Shown: positions 1 to 10,217, numbered from the stretch's first letter. The stretch: 64,000 nt of DNA from Williamsia sp. (GCA_015069695.1 JADCRZ010000010.1:23194-87193), one strand, 5' to 3'. The notes: generated from the letters alone by a model not told the origin. Program-made: numbers and translations.

Positions 1-1557
1 GACCAGGCTGGCAATGTATCAGCTATGAGCAATGCGCTTTCACTAACCGCTTCTGCCAATGGATTGCGGTACAAATACTACCATGGCAGCTGGTCGACTG
101 TGCCTGATTTCAGTGCACTGACGCCTGTCAAAACAGGTACTTCCGCAAACGTAGACCTGAGCCCCCGGATCTTAAGCGACAACTTCGGGTTTGTATGGGA
201 GGGCTACATCAATATCAAAACACCCGGAACTTATACATTTGAAACGGTGTCGGATGATGGCAGCAAATTGTATTTCAACACCCTGTACTCACCAGGAGCC
301 ACACCAACCGTAAACAACGACGGACTGCATGCAGCTCAGTCTGCCACCGGTACTGTAAACATCGCTTCGGCAGGGCTGTACCCTATTTCCATTGCGTTCT
401 TTGAACGCGACGGAGGTGAGTCGATGCAGATATATTGGTCAGGGCCCGGCATTTCCAGGCAGCTGATCCCTGATGCAGCTTTTGTAGAAAGCTTCCAGGA
501 CAACACGCCACCCAGTGTTCCGGCCAATCTGCGCACAACCTTTACCGGCCGTACGTTCATCGATCTGACTTGGGACGCTTCAACCGACAATGGTGGTGTG
601 GCCAGGTATGATGTATACGTGAACGGCACCTTCAGGCAGTCCACTACTACGCTAACTACGTCTATCACCGGACTCACAGGAGGCAGTACTTACAGTTTTA
701 CTGTAAAAGCCATCGACCAGGCAAACAATGTTTCTGCATCGAGCAGTGCACTTCCGGTTACGGCGTCAGCCAATGGATTGCGGTACAAGTATTACCAGGG
801 AAGCTGGTCAACAATGCCTGATTTCAGCACGCTCACGCCGCTGAAGACCGGCAGCAGCGCCAACATCGACCTGAGTCCAAGAACAGATTTCGACAACTTT
901 GCATTCGTATGGGAAGGATGGATCAACATCAAGACAGCGGGCACTTACATCTTCGAAACCATCTCGGATGATGGCAGCAAGCTGTACTTCAATACACTTT
1001 ATACGCCGTCTGCTACACCCACTGTAAACAATGACGGACTGCATGCGCCCACTTCGGTATCAGGATCGGTGAATATTCCTGCAGCAGGCATGTATCCGAT
1101 CACCATTACTTACTTTGAAAGAACAGAAGGTGAAACCATGCAGATATACTGGAGCGGACCAGGATTCTCCAGACAGGTAATTCCCAGTGCTGCATTCACG
1201 GAAAGCTTTAGTGGTCCTACGTTCCGTGGTGTAAGCCTGCTCTCGGCAATTGCCAACGTGGATTCTTCTTTAAACAAAGAAAAAGAACTCACCACGGCTT
1301 ACCCCAATCCGTTCAACCGGGATTTGAACATCAGCTTCGTCAACGCAGCAAAGGAAAATGACATTAGCGTGAGCATGTACGATCTGTCAGGCAGATTGTT
1401 GTACAACAAAAACTTCGGCAGGTTGTCTGTAGGCCCTCACTCCCTGCAGCTGAACCTGAGCGGCCAATCACAGCTTGACATAGGCAACTATATTGCCCAG
1501 CTGAAGGTGAACGGTGTTCCGGTCAAAACCTGGAAACTGGTCAAGACAAGGAAATAA
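1..1557 (+). CDS. Secreted PA14 / fibronectin-III repeat protein with T9SS type A C-terminal sorting domain (5' end cut by window edge)
   Basis: The frame is open from nt 1, and nt 1-60 encode DQAGNVSAMSNALSLTASANGLRYKYY, which repeats the internal FN3-to-PA14 junction DQANNVSASSSALPVTASANGLRYKYY. There are two PA14-like modules (YTFET.SDDGSKLYFN, MQIYWSGPG) and one FN3 module (PPSVPANL..LTWDASTDN..YDVYVNG). The C-terminus YPNPF..ISVSMYDLSGRLL..WKLVK is Por_Secre_tail-like. Confidence 0.85.
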   Translation, partial: DQAGNVSAMSNALSLTASANGLRYKYYHGSWSTVPDFSALTPVKTGTSANVDLSPRILSDNFGFVWEGYINIKTPGTYTFETVSDDGSKLYFNTLYSPGATPTVNNDGLHAAQSATGTVNIASAGLYPISIAFFERDGGESMQIYWSGPGISRQLIPDAAFVESFQDNTPPSVPANLRTTFTGRTFIDLTWDASTDNGGVARYDVYVNGTFRQSTTTLTTSITGLTGGSTYSFTVKAIDQANNVSASSSALPVTASANGLRYKYYQGSWSTMPDFSTLTPLKTGSSANIDLSPRTDFDNFAFVWEGWINIKTAGTYIFETISDDGSKLYFNTLYTPSATPTVNNDGLHAPTSVSGSVNIPAAGMYPITITYFERTEGETMQIYWSGPGFSRQVIPSAAFTESFSGPTFRGVSLLSAIANVDSSLNKEKELTTAYPNPFNRDLNISFVNAAKENDISVSMYDLSGRLLYNKNFGRLSVGPHSLQLNLSGQSQLDIGNYIAQLKVNGVPVKTWKLVKTRK

Positions 1558-1583
1558 TTAATATTTTTAATATCAATTGGAAA

Positions 1584-1617
1584 AGGGTCCGGAAATTGCT
1601 CTCCGGGCCCTTTTTTT
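1584..1617 (+). terminator. Rho-independent terminator after the PA14 cargo gene
   Basis: 10-bp stem aagggtccgg / ccgggccctt (one G-U pair), 10-nt loop, followed by TTTTTTT. Confidence 0.75.
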
Positions 1618-1853
1618 AGCAACACTTGATGGATTTTACCGGTTTCGCAATAATTTGCAGCCTCAAACGGTTGGAAAACAAAACGATAAACATACAGGTG
1701 CCGGCCCGGCTCTGAACCATCCATAAAAGGAAAACAAGATCTGTAAAAGATTTCTTGCTTAAAAGATAATATCTGCGCTGAAGAATAGTTTTTTAAAAGG
1801 CCCTGTTCTAAAAACGGCTGCTGCCCTATATTGCAACACCCAAACCCCGTATC

Positions 1854-2984
1854 TTGAAAAGATTATTTAACGACAAATTTATACTCAGTAAAAACCGGTA
1901 TGCATGGATAGATTATGCAAGGGGCATCTGCATCATCCTGGTTTGTTACCGGCACAGCTTTGAAGGGTTGATCAATGCAGATTTTCCAACAAACAACTAT
2001 CCCCTGCTCACCCTGCTCAATTCATCGCTGGTAACGTTCCGCATGCCGCTGTTCTTTTTCATATCGGGTGTGTTTATCCTTCCTACCCTTGCCAGAAAAG
2101 GATACGCTGATTACCTGAGTGACCGGATCAAGGTGATTTTGTATCCCTTGCTGATATGGGGCTCTATACAGATCACCCTTCAGTTGATATTCAGCAATTA
2201 CACCAATGCAAGTGCCTCTCCTATTTATTACCTGTACCTGCTCATCATGCCCCGCAAGGTAGATCAGTTCTGGTATTTGAATACCTTGTTTATGACGGGC
2301 ATCTTGTATGCATACCTGAAATTTGTACTCAGGTGGCGGCTGTCTTACCTCATGCTTTCGGCCATCCTGCTGTACAGTTTGGGTGCCCTATTTTACAAGA
2401 CACACGCCAATATGCGTTACCTGGCTTTTACCTACAGCATTGTACCGGATATTTTGCATTATTATATTTTCCTGTTCATGGGAGATGCCGCCTCAGAGTT
2501 TATTTTAAACAAGAAATACGAAAAATATTTTTCTTCCATCAAGTATTTCATACCGGCGCTGGGCTTGTTCCTGATAGCCCATTATTATTATACGGTCATG
2601 AACAACTACTACAACAAGGGTTATTATGTTGAGTTTTACATGCCTGCTTCGTTTCTGCTGATTGCCTTGTCAGGCTGCATCGTTACCATCCAAGTTTCTT
2701 TTATGCTTCAAAAAACGGGCGCGCTGAAATTTTTGCGTGTCATCGGTTTTCACTCTTTGTACATATACCTGATGCATGTGATGGTAACCAGCTTTACCCG
2801 GGTGTTCTTTTCCAAAATATTGCATTTCACCAACATTCCTGTTATGCTCCTGGTGAGCGTGGTGCTGGGTGTTACCCTACCCATCATTGCATATAATATC
2901 CTGGTGTCAAACGGTCTGTGGTGGTTGTTTACCCTGAAAAAACCCAAAGAAGAGAAAACGTATTCCAAGCTTGCTGTAAGCTAA
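1854..2984 (+). CDS. Acyltransferase family 3 membrane protein (polysaccharide O-acyltransferase type)
   Basis: TTG start. N-terminus RYAWIDYARGICIILVCYRH is typical of Acyl_transf_3. About 10 hydrophobic segments. Confidence 0.8.
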   Translation: MKRLFNDKFILSKNRYAWIDYARGICIILVCYRHSFEGLINADFPTNNYPLLTLLNSSLVTFRMPLFFFISGVFILPTLARKGYADYLSDRIKVILYPLLIWGSIQITLQLIFSNYTNASASPIYYLYLLIMPRKVDQFWYLNTLFMTGILYAYLKFVLRWRLSYLMLSAILLYSLGALFYKTHANMRYLAFTYSIVPDILHYYIFLFMGDAASEFILNKKYEKYFSSIKYFIPALGLFLIAHYYYTVMNNYYNKGYYVEFYMPASFLLIALSGCIVTIQVSFMLQKTGALKFLRVIGFHSLYIYLMHVMVTSFTRVFFSKILHFTNIPVMLLVSVVLGVTLPIIAYNILVSNGLWWLFTLKKPKEEKTYSKLAVS

Positions 2985-3001
2985 ACCAGCGTTCATTGTT
3001 C

Positions 3002-4345
3002 ATGCTTGCTCACCATCCTATACAAAATCGTGACCTGGTCTTGTTTGGCTTCCAGCCCTGGGAGATCCAGACCGGGAGCAATTTTGTGGACATGGCATAC
3101 GAGCTTTCGAAGTACAACCGGGTTTTATATGTAAACCGGGCGCTCGACAGAATTACAGCCTGGCGGCAAAGAAAAGATCCGCTTGTACAAGCACGTTTAC
3201 AGGACATCAGAAAGGAAAGAAACAGCATTGTAAAAATCCAGGATCAGCTCTGGGTATTGAACCCGGCTACCGTACTGGAATCTATCAACTGGATACCCAG
3301 CGCATGGCTGCATGATGAGCTGAACGTGATCAACAACGAAAGACTGGCAGAAGAAATCAACAAAGCGATCAAAGCACTGGGGTTTTCCCATGTGATCCTG
3401 ATCAACGACAATGATTTTCTGAGAGGCAGATACCTGAAAGACCTGGTAAAGTGTGATGATTATATTTTTTATCTGAGAGACTATTTGCTGGGAATAGACT
3501 ACTTCCGGCGGCATGGCTACCGGCTTGAAGCTGAAACCATTCACCAGGCGACGCTTGTAGCAGCCAATACGGCTTACCTGGCAGCCTACGCAAGCCAATG
3601 GAACCCCAACAGCTTCGACATCGGACAAGGATTCAGGATACCACCAGAGGAAATCCCGCCTCCTTCCCAGGAAACAGTTCCTGCCGACATCAGGATCGTT
3701 CCGCCACCCATTATTGGTTATGCAGGATATATCAGTGCGAAAAGAATAGACACGGACATTATTGCCACGCTCGCAAAGGAACTGCCGCACTGCAGTATTG
3801 TTTTAATGGGCAGCATCGATCCTGTTTTCCCACTTAAAACCCTGACCCGTTTTTCAAACATTTACTTCCTGGGCGTAAAGCCATTCAACCAGATAAAAAA
3901 TTATCTCCGTTGCTTTGATGTCTGCATCAATCCGCAACGCGTTAATGAAACAACAAGAGGAAATTATCCCAGAAAAGTTGATGAGTACCTGATCATGGGA
4001 AAACCTGTGGTAGCCACCCGTACCGAGGCCATGGCCTTATTTGAAGGGTATACCCATCTTTGTACCACGGCCACTGAATGGGTTTCCGTGATCCGGAAAA
4101 TTATCAGCCAGCCGGAAGTACATGGATCTATGGAAGAACAAAAGCGCAGGATGTTATTTGCGCTTAAGCATACCTGGGGGAGCAGCATGGAAAAACTGGG
4201 TGGAGCTTATTATCAGGTAAAAGAAACGGATCAGAGAAAAGAAGAAAAACATGAAAAGCAGCTTTCTTCTTATTTGCGTGTGCTGACTATTTATGGCCTG
4301 ATCGCCTATTTGTTGTTCATCTACATTAAATTTATATTTTTCTAA
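3002..4345 (+). CDS. Glycosyltransferase (GT-B fold, group 1-like) with C-terminal membrane anchor
   Basis: ATG at 3002 (the ORF-track start 2918 overlaps the upstream gene). The C-terminal GT-B half reads GYAGYIS.KRID..LMGS..NIYFLG.KP..YPRKVDEYLIMGKPVVAT. The terminal hydrophobic helix is VLTIYGLIAYLLFIYIKFIFF. Confidence 0.75.
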   Translation: MLAHHPIQNRDLVLFGFQPWEIQTGSNFVDMAYELSKYNRVLYVNRALDRITAWRQRKDPLVQARLQDIRKERNSIVKIQDQLWVLNPATVLESINWIPSAWLHDELNVINNERLAEEINKAIKALGFSHVILINDNDFLRGRYLKDLVKCDDYIFYLRDYLLGIDYFRRHGYRLEAETIHQATLVAANTAYLAAYASQWNPNSFDIGQGFRIPPEEIPPPSQETVPADIRIVPPPIIGYAGYISAKRIDTDIIATLAKELPHCSIVLMGSIDPVFPLKTLTRFSNIYFLGVKPFNQIKNYLRCFDVCINPQRVNETTRGNYPRKVDEYLIMGKPVVATRTEAMALFEGYTHLCTTATEWVSVIRKIISQPEVHGSMEEQKRRMLFALKHTWGSSMEKLGGAYYQVKETDQRKEEKHEKQLSSYLRVLTIYGLIAYLLFIYIKFIFF

Positions 4346-4401
4346 AATAAAGAGCACTGGAAAATCTAGTATCTGAACGCCTATATACCAACCTGAAAGA
4401 G

Positions 4402-5862
4402 ATGCGGGTTTTTTCCGTTTCAAAAACCTTGCTCTTGCTTGTCTGTGCGGTAGTGATGATTTATTTTACCGCGAAAGCCCATTTTGCCCTGCCGGTTATT
4501 TTTTTTATGGCAGCATCGGGCTGTTCTATTTTCTATATCTGCCTGCAAAGCAGGGAATTCGGACTTTACTTTATCGTGCTTTTTTCTGCCTTGTTTGCCT
4601 TGCCCGGCAGGTTTCTTTATCTGGCTTCCCCGGTCGGTGTATTGGTAGAACTGCTTACCTGGGTTTTGTGGATCAATGTACTGCATGTAGACTCGGCCAG
4701 GGAACGGATATTTTACATTTTCCGCAACAACGCGATCTCGGTTGCACTGGCTTGTTTGTTCACGTACTATGTGCTGGAGCTGTTGAATCCGGCTGTTATG
4801 ACCACTAGGGGATGGCTCAGGAGCACGGTGGGCTGGCTTTTCTTTGTGAGAAAACAAGTAAGCTTTTTACTATTTTATTGCATTGCCTACTCTGTACTCA
4901 ATTCCTACCGGCAAATCAAACATTTCTTTGTTTTCTGCCTGTCGCTGGTTCTTCTGATTGCGCTTTACGGCATCAAGCAACAATGGTTTGGCATAGCCCG
5001 GTTTGAAGAAAAATGGCTAAGCGACGATCTTGTTTCATTTCGCCTCTTTTATCAGGGTGGCTTTCTGCGAAAGTTTTCCATCCTTACTGATCCGGCAGCA
5101 TTTGGCGTGATCTGCTCTTCTTTTGGTTTGTTCAGCCTGATCATGGCTATCAGAACATCATCAGCCAGAACCAAAACCCTGCTTTTTATTTCTACGCTGA
5201 TCTGCCTGGTTGCTGCTTCTTATTCAGGCACCCGTACCTGCGTGCTCATGATAGCGGCAGGATTGACGCTGTATACGATCATGACGTTGAATGAAAAAAG
5301 GACTTACCTGCTGATAACTGCGTCCCTGCTGATCAGTGTCTTTCTCTTGTTTGGTCCTTTTCAAAACAACCCGGTCTTGACACGGATCAAAACAACGCTT
5401 CAAACCTCGAGCGACCGGTCAGCCAATCTGCGGAATATCAACCGGCATTCTATACAGCCCTATATCCATCATCACCCGGTGGGCGGGGGTTTAAATACCA
5501 GCAGCCTGGAAGGAAAGCTGTACAATCCCCATCATGCACTGGCCGGCTTCCCCCCTGATAGCGGCTATTTGAAAATCCTGCTCGAACAGGGATGGATCGG
5601 CTTTGCGCTCAATCTTCTGTTTTATTTCCTGATTATCCGGCATGGCATTATCTGTTTCTTTAACGCAGTTAACCAATCCATCAAAAACCTATATATTGCT
5701 ATTACTGTATTCTTGTTTTCATTGATCGTAGGCCAGTATTCGCAGCTTGCTATTGCGCAGTATCCATTGATCCTGATTTATTACGGTGTGCTGGCAGTGT
5801 TGGTCAAACTGATTGATTTCGACACCAGTGGCCGGCAAGCTGTGCTGAAACCTGCCATCTGA
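4402..5862 (+). CDS. O-antigen ligase / polymerase family (Wzy_C-like) polytopic membrane protein
   Basis: At least 10 TM segments. The loop SGTRTCVLM ... HHALAGFPPDSGYLKILLEQGWIGF resembles the Wzy_C / O-antigen ligase signature. Confidence 0.75.
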   Translation: MRVFSVSKTLLLLVCAVVMIYFTAKAHFALPVIFFMAASGCSIFYICLQSREFGLYFIVLFSALFALPGRFLYLASPVGVLVELLTWVLWINVLHVDSARERIFYIFRNNAISVALACLFTYYVLELLNPAVMTTRGWLRSTVGWLFFVRKQVSFLLFYCIAYSVLNSYRQIKHFFVFCLSLVLLIALYGIKQQWFGIARFEEKWLSDDLVSFRLFYQGGFLRKFSILTDPAAFGVICSSFGLFSLIMAIRTSSARTKTLLFISTLICLVAASYSGTRTCVLMIAAGLTLYTIMTLNEKRTYLLITASLLISVFLLFGPFQNNPVLTRIKTTLQTSSDRSANLRNINRHSIQPYIHHHPVGGGLNTSSLEGKLYNPHHALAGFPPDSGYLKILLEQGWIGFALNLLFYFLIIRHGIICFFNAVNQSIKNLYIAITVFLFSLIVGQYSQLAIAQYPLILIYYGVLAVLVKLIDFDTSGRQAVLKPAI

Positions 5863-5933
5863 ACCTTGCAAACGCAGCCAATTATAAACCGGTAATAAAT
5901 TCCTGTAAAAGACCGTTATAAACCCGTTGCTTG

Positions 5934-5968
5934 CCTGTATAATCCGGACCCTGTTATACAGGTTTTGC
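5934..5968 (+). terminator. Possible terminator or attenuating hairpin between the ligase-like gene and the GT-C-like gene
   Basis: 9-bp stem cctgtataa / ttatacagg, 11-nt loop, then TTTTGCT. Confidence 0.45.
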
Positions 5969-5981
5969 TAAAAACAGCTTC

Positions 5982-7532
5982 ATGAAGAAAAATTTACCGC
6001 TGCTCTCGGGCAGTCTGTTCTTACTGGCTATCGTAGGTATACTGGAATTTATTGCGCTGAGAAAAACAAACGGCACATTCTGCTACCCGCTCGATGATAC
6101 GTTTATTCACATGGCGGTGGCCAAAAATGTGGCGCTGTATGGCAACTGGGGCATTTCCCCGAACGAATGGGTATCTACTTCTTCTTCTCCCTTTTACACC
6201 GCCCTGCTCGCCTTGTCTTTCAAGTTGTTCGGCATAAACAGCCATCTTCCGTTTATTCTTGGTGTGCTGGGAGCCTTGCTTGCCATCGTTGCAATGCAAC
6301 AGGAGCTGAACAAGAAGACCCGTCTTACCACCAATCACAAAGCCCTTGTAACAATCATCACGGTATTTATCGGTGCAATGCCTGCCCTGGCTGCCCTGGG
6401 GATGGAGCATACATTCCAGGTTGCATTTACCTTGCTCTTTGTGCACAGCAGTGCTGATGTTTTAACAACAGGGAACAGCCCATGGAAGAAGGTGCTGATG
6501 GCTGCTTTATGGGGCGCACTGACCGTAATTACGCGGTATGAAAACGCCTTTATTGTAGCCGTGATCTGCAGCTTGCTGTTTGTAAGAAAGCGCTTCCTGC
6601 CTGCCCTGGTCATTGGTTTCATCAGTGCATTGCCGGTGATCTTGTTCGGGCTTTATGCGGTTTCAAAAGGAGGATTGTTTATTCCCAATTCGATTCAGAT
6701 CAAGGTACGCGCCAACTATGTAACCCTGCTGAACGGCGGGCTCGCCATTCTGGAGCTGGCTGCCAGCTTGAGTGGGCTGGTTGTGCTTTCCGGTGTGTTG
6801 ATCGTAAGAAAACAAGTGCAGGAAAGGTTTGACCGGTCAGCCTGGATACTGCTTATCTTTTTATTGAGCAGCCTGATACATGCAGTGTTTGGAGGCTTTG
6901 GCTGGTTCTACCGCTACGAAGCTTATTTGATTGTACTGGGCTCCTTTCACTTGCTGATCCTGTTTTATCAATGGCTCGAAGGGGGTGCAAGACGGTACCA
7001 TGCCCATTTTGCGCTGCTGCTTGGTGCAGCCTTGGCTTGTACAGTGAACCTGCCACTGCGCAGCCTCAATTCATGCAGAAACTTCAGCCGTTCTACCTAC
7101 AATATTTACGAACAGCAATACCAGGTGGCCTTGTTCCTGAGCCGCTTCTACAATCACCGCACGGTAGCCGCCAACGACATCGGAGCGATCAGCTACCTGG
7201 GACAGGTAAATATTATAGACCTCTGGGGATTGGGCAGCAATGAGGTAACAAAGGCAAGAAAGGGCAATTACTGGAACGCTGATTTCCTGCAAAAATTTGT
7301 GCTTGAAAATAAGGCTGACATAGCCGTGGTTTATGAATCATGGTTTCCCTCGAAACTCATTGCCAACTGGAAAAAAGTGGGTACCTGGGAAGTTTCTTAC
7401 AGCCATATGCTGGGCGATACAAAAGTCAGCTTTTACGCCATTGACCAGAATAAAGCGGATGAACTAAAAAACAATTTGGAACAGTTCTCCACACAATTGC
7501 CTTCCGATGTAAAAGTCGAGTACACAAAATAG
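5982..7532 (+). CDS. Polytopic membrane protein, GT-C-like glycosyltransferase candidate with C-terminal soluble domain
   Basis: About 11 TM segments. The first loop has an acidic motif, YPLDDTFIHMAVAKNVALYGNWG, in the position of GT-C catalytic Asp motifs. A C-terminal domain of roughly 170 aa is non-membrane. Confidence 0.5.
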   Translation: MKKNLPLLSGSLFLLAIVGILEFIALRKTNGTFCYPLDDTFIHMAVAKNVALYGNWGISPNEWVSTSSSPFYTALLALSFKLFGINSHLPFILGVLGALLAIVAMQQELNKKTRLTTNHKALVTIITVFIGAMPALAALGMEHTFQVAFTLLFVHSSADVLTTGNSPWKKVLMAALWGALTVITRYENAFIVAVICSLLFVRKRFLPALVIGFISALPVILFGLYAVSKGGLFIPNSIQIKVRANYVTLLNGGLAILELAASLSGLVVLSGVLIVRKQVQERFDRSAWILLIFLLSSLIHAVFGGFGWFYRYEAYLIVLGSFHLLILFYQWLEGGARRYHAHFALLLGAALACTVNLPLRSLNSCRNFSRSTYNIYEQQYQVALFLSRFYNHRTVAANDIGAISYLGQVNIIDLWGLGSNEVTKARKGNYWNADFLQKFVLENKADIAVVYESWFPSKLIANWKKVGTWEVSYSHMLGDTKVSFYAIDQNKADELKNNLEQFSTQLPSDVKVEYTK

Positions 7533-7544
7533 TGAAACACACGC

Positions 7545-8378
7545 TTACTCCTCCAGCAGTTTGATACCGGTTTGGGTAAAAATTATTTTATGCTGTTTGT
7601 ATAAACTGCCGGTGGTCATCTTGAATGTTTTTTTGCTCATACCAAAAAATGCATAGATGTCATCCGGCTTCGACTGGTCGTTGTAAGGGAGGTAACCTCC
7701 ATTGTCTTGCAGCAGCCGCAACACTTTCTCTGCTTCATCTTCCACGCGTTTATATCCTGGCGTGCCCAGTGCCACATCTATTTTGTTCTCAGGAAGCAGC
7801 CGTTTTACGAACCCCTTCATGGTATCTCCTACCTGTATGGGCCGGTAAATATCATTGAAATGCAGCACGCCTGTGTGCAGGCTATTGATGATCACGACAT
7901 AGCCAATGTCTGTTCGGCGGTAAACCAGCAGATCAACTGTTTCCATTTCTTTGACGGTAACAGGTTCATTGCTCAGGAAAGGCTCTACTCTTTCCGTTGC
8001 CGTTATGCGCCCTGTTTGTTCATCAATATAAATTTTGACCGTGTAATTGCCATTGAGCCGCATGCCGGTAAGCTGCTTTGATTTTGGCACAAACAAATCC
8101 TTCATCAGTCCCCAGTCGAGAAAAGCGCCTTGTGGCGTAACGCTGACCACGCGCAGGTTTACAATATCGCCCACTTTTCCTTTGGGATGCTGTGTAGTAG
8201 CGATCAGCCGGTCATCAGAATCAAAATAAATAAAAACATCCAGCTCGTCACCAGGCTGTGTATCCGCAGGAACCCAGCGTTTGGGCAACAGCACGCCCTC
8301 CCTCCCATCGTCGAGATACACACCGAAATCGACCTGTCTCAATACCTTCAATTTATTGTAGTCACCAACTTTTATCAT
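7545..8378 (-). CDS. CvfB/YitL family S1-like RNA-binding protein
   Basis: MIKVGDYNKLKVLRQVDFGVYLDDG..GVLLPKRWVP, with repeated S1-like modules and a C-terminal winged-helix-like tail. Confidence 0.85.
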   Translation of the reverse strand: MIKVGDYNKLKVLRQVDFGVYLDDGREGVLLPKRWVPADTQPGDELDVFIYFDSDDRLIATTQHPKGKVGDIVNLRVVSVTPQGAFLDWGLMKDLFVPKSKQLTGMRLNGNYTVKIYIDEQTGRITATERVEPFLSNEPVTVKEMETVDLLVYRRTDIGYVVIINSLHTGVLHFNDIYRPIQVGDTMKGFVKRLLPENKIDVALGTPGYKRVEDEAEKVLRLLQDNGGYLPYNDQSKPDDIYAFFGMSKKTFKMTTGSLYKQHKIIFTQTGIKLLEE

Positions 8379-8465
8379 GCTGCAGGTTATTATGGTTAGG
8401 AGATGCTGATTAAAAATACATGCAAATCCTATACTTTCGATTTATTATCTCAGCAAACCAATGCT

Positions 8466-9710
8466 ATGTTTATACCAGCTAAAAGGGGACTGCTTTTGTT
8501 CTTTTTTCTTTCCTTGTTTTTTCTGCTGAAACTAAGCGCCCAGAAAAAGCCCCCTGTTTATTATCCCCGGCCGGGAAGCTGGGAGCACCGCTCTCCTGCA
8601 TCAACGGGCCTGGATTCGGCCTTATTGCAGGAAGCTGTTCAGTTTGCCGTAAAAATGGAATCCAGGGAACTGCGTGACCTGAAAAAAGCCCACTACCTCA
8701 GCGCTTTCGGACGCGAGCCTTTTGGCTATGCTGTTGGTCCGCTTAAGGAACGGGGCCCTGCTACCGGACTGGTTATCAGGAACGGGTATATTGTTGCGCA
8801 GTGGGGAGAGCCGGAGCGGGTTGATCAAACCTTCAGCATGGCCAAAAGCTTTCTTTCATCTGTCGTGGCCATCAGCTATCAACAGGGCATGATCGCCAGC
8901 CTCGACGACAAAGTGTACACCTATATGGCACCGATCATCCCCTACCAGCCTGCTACCAGTACCGGGAACAAGGCCGATGCCATGGACCAGAAAGACATAA
9001 TTGATCTGTTCGATACGGAGCACAACCGGAAAATTACCTGGCAGCACCTGCTTCGCCAAACGAGCGACTGGGAAGGAACCCTGTGGGGTAAGCCAGACTG
9101 GGCCGACAGGCCTCAGGGCAGTTCGGCAGACTGGATGACCCGCAAACGCAATGAGCCGGGAACAGTATATAAGTACAATGATACGCGGGTGAATGTACTG
9201 GCCCTGGCCGTACTGAATCTCTGGAGGCGGCCCCTGCCCCAGGTCCTGAAAGAAAAGATCATGGATCCCATTGGCGCTTCAGCCACCTGGCGCTGGACGG
9301 GTTATGAGAACTCATGGGTGGTAATGGACGGTGTGGCAGTGCAATCAGTGAGCGGCGGTTCGCACTGGGGTGGCGGATTGTTTATCAATGCGTTCGACCA
9401 GGCGCGCTTTGGCTATCTTACCCTGCGGAATGGAAAATGGAACGACACGCAGATCCTGTCTGAAGCCTGGCTCAGGATGGCCAGAACGCCGACATCTGTA
9501 CAACCCACGTATGGTTTCATGAATTTTTTTCTGAATACGGATAAGAAATTTTATCCGAGCGCCCCGGCTACGGCTTTTGCCCATGTGGGCGCAGGTACAA
9601 ACATGCTCTATGTTGACCAGGAACATGACCTGATCATTGTCGCACGCTGGATACAGGACAGTGCCTGCGATGGATTGATCCAGCGCGTATTGAAAAGCAT
9701 TCAAAAGTAA
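8466..9710 (+). CDS. Serine hydrolase, beta-lactamase/transpeptidase-like family (secreted)
   Basis: The ATG at 8466 gives the signal peptide MFIPAKRGLLLFFFLSLFFLLKLSAQ. An S-x-x-K motif is present (FSMAKSF). The ORF-track start at 8403 is an upstream extension. Confidence 0.75.
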   Translation: MFIPAKRGLLLFFFLSLFFLLKLSAQKKPPVYYPRPGSWEHRSPASTGLDSALLQEAVQFAVKMESRELRDLKKAHYLSAFGREPFGYAVGPLKERGPATGLVIRNGYIVAQWGEPERVDQTFSMAKSFLSSVVAISYQQGMIASLDDKVYTYMAPIIPYQPATSTGNKADAMDQKDIIDLFDTEHNRKITWQHLLRQTSDWEGTLWGKPDWADRPQGSSADWMTRKRNEPGTVYKYNDTRVNVLALAVLNLWRRPLPQVLKEKIMDPIGASATWRWTGYENSWVVMDGVAVQSVSGGSHWGGGLFINAFDQARFGYLTLRNGKWNDTQILSEAWLRMARTPTSVQPTYGFMNFFLNTDKKFYPSAPATAFAHVGAGTNMLYVDQEHDLIIVARWIQDSACDGLIQRVLKSIQK

Positions 9711-9737
9711 ATACCTGGCAGCGGAAAGAAATGGGGC

Positions 9738-10217
9738 TCAGGAATTAAGCGCAGGAGAGTGTCTGTTGAAAAGGGCAAAAACAAAATAACCTATTACGCC
9801 ACCAGCGGTGTTTAGCAGGAGATCATCTACATCAAAGATGCCTAAACCGGTTACAAGCTGGGCAAGCTCAAATGCAAAGCTGGTGAGAAAGCTGAAAGCC
9901 AGCATGTTTCTGATGTTCCGGAGGTTTTCAAAAAGAAGGGGCGCCAGCAGGCCAAGCGGCATAAAACCAACAAAGTTTCCTACCAGGTTCTCAAAGGCGA
10001 TTCCTCTTTTTGCATAACCTGACAAGAAATATGAAGTCGTTTTAAACAGCGTGAAGTTTGCGCGCGCAAGATTATTTTTCAGCGCACCCGGCTCTCCCAT
10101 TTCCTGCAGGCTTGATCTGATAAACTCCGGCGATCTTCTGAAAAGGATGTATTTGATCAGCAGGCCGATATATACAACAAACAATCCGGTGATTGTAAGT
10201 TTGCTTGAACGTTTCAA
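9738..10217 (-). CDS. VanZ family membrane protein
   Basis: Four TM segments and the C-terminal motif FDVDDLLLNTAGGVIGY typical of VanZ-like proteins. Confidence 0.8.
   Translation of the reverse strand: MKRSSKLTITGLFVVYIGLLIKYILFRRSPEFIRSSLQEMGEPGALKNNLARANFTLFKTTSYFLSGYAKRGIAFENLVGNFVGFMPLGLLAPLLFENLRNIRNMLAFSFLTSFAFELAQLVTGLGIFDVDDLLLNTAGGVIGYFVFALFNRHSPALNS

Noticed and set aside
2918-3001. N-terminal extensions in the ORF track (also 11309-11422, 22827-22871, 26184-26267, 46326-46391, 48612-48746, 8403-8465, 15320-15394)
   Set aside because: The extensions overlap the preceding gene or lack signal-peptide logic. Internal ATG starts give canonical N-termini (signal peptides, Rossmann GxGxxG at the expected distance).
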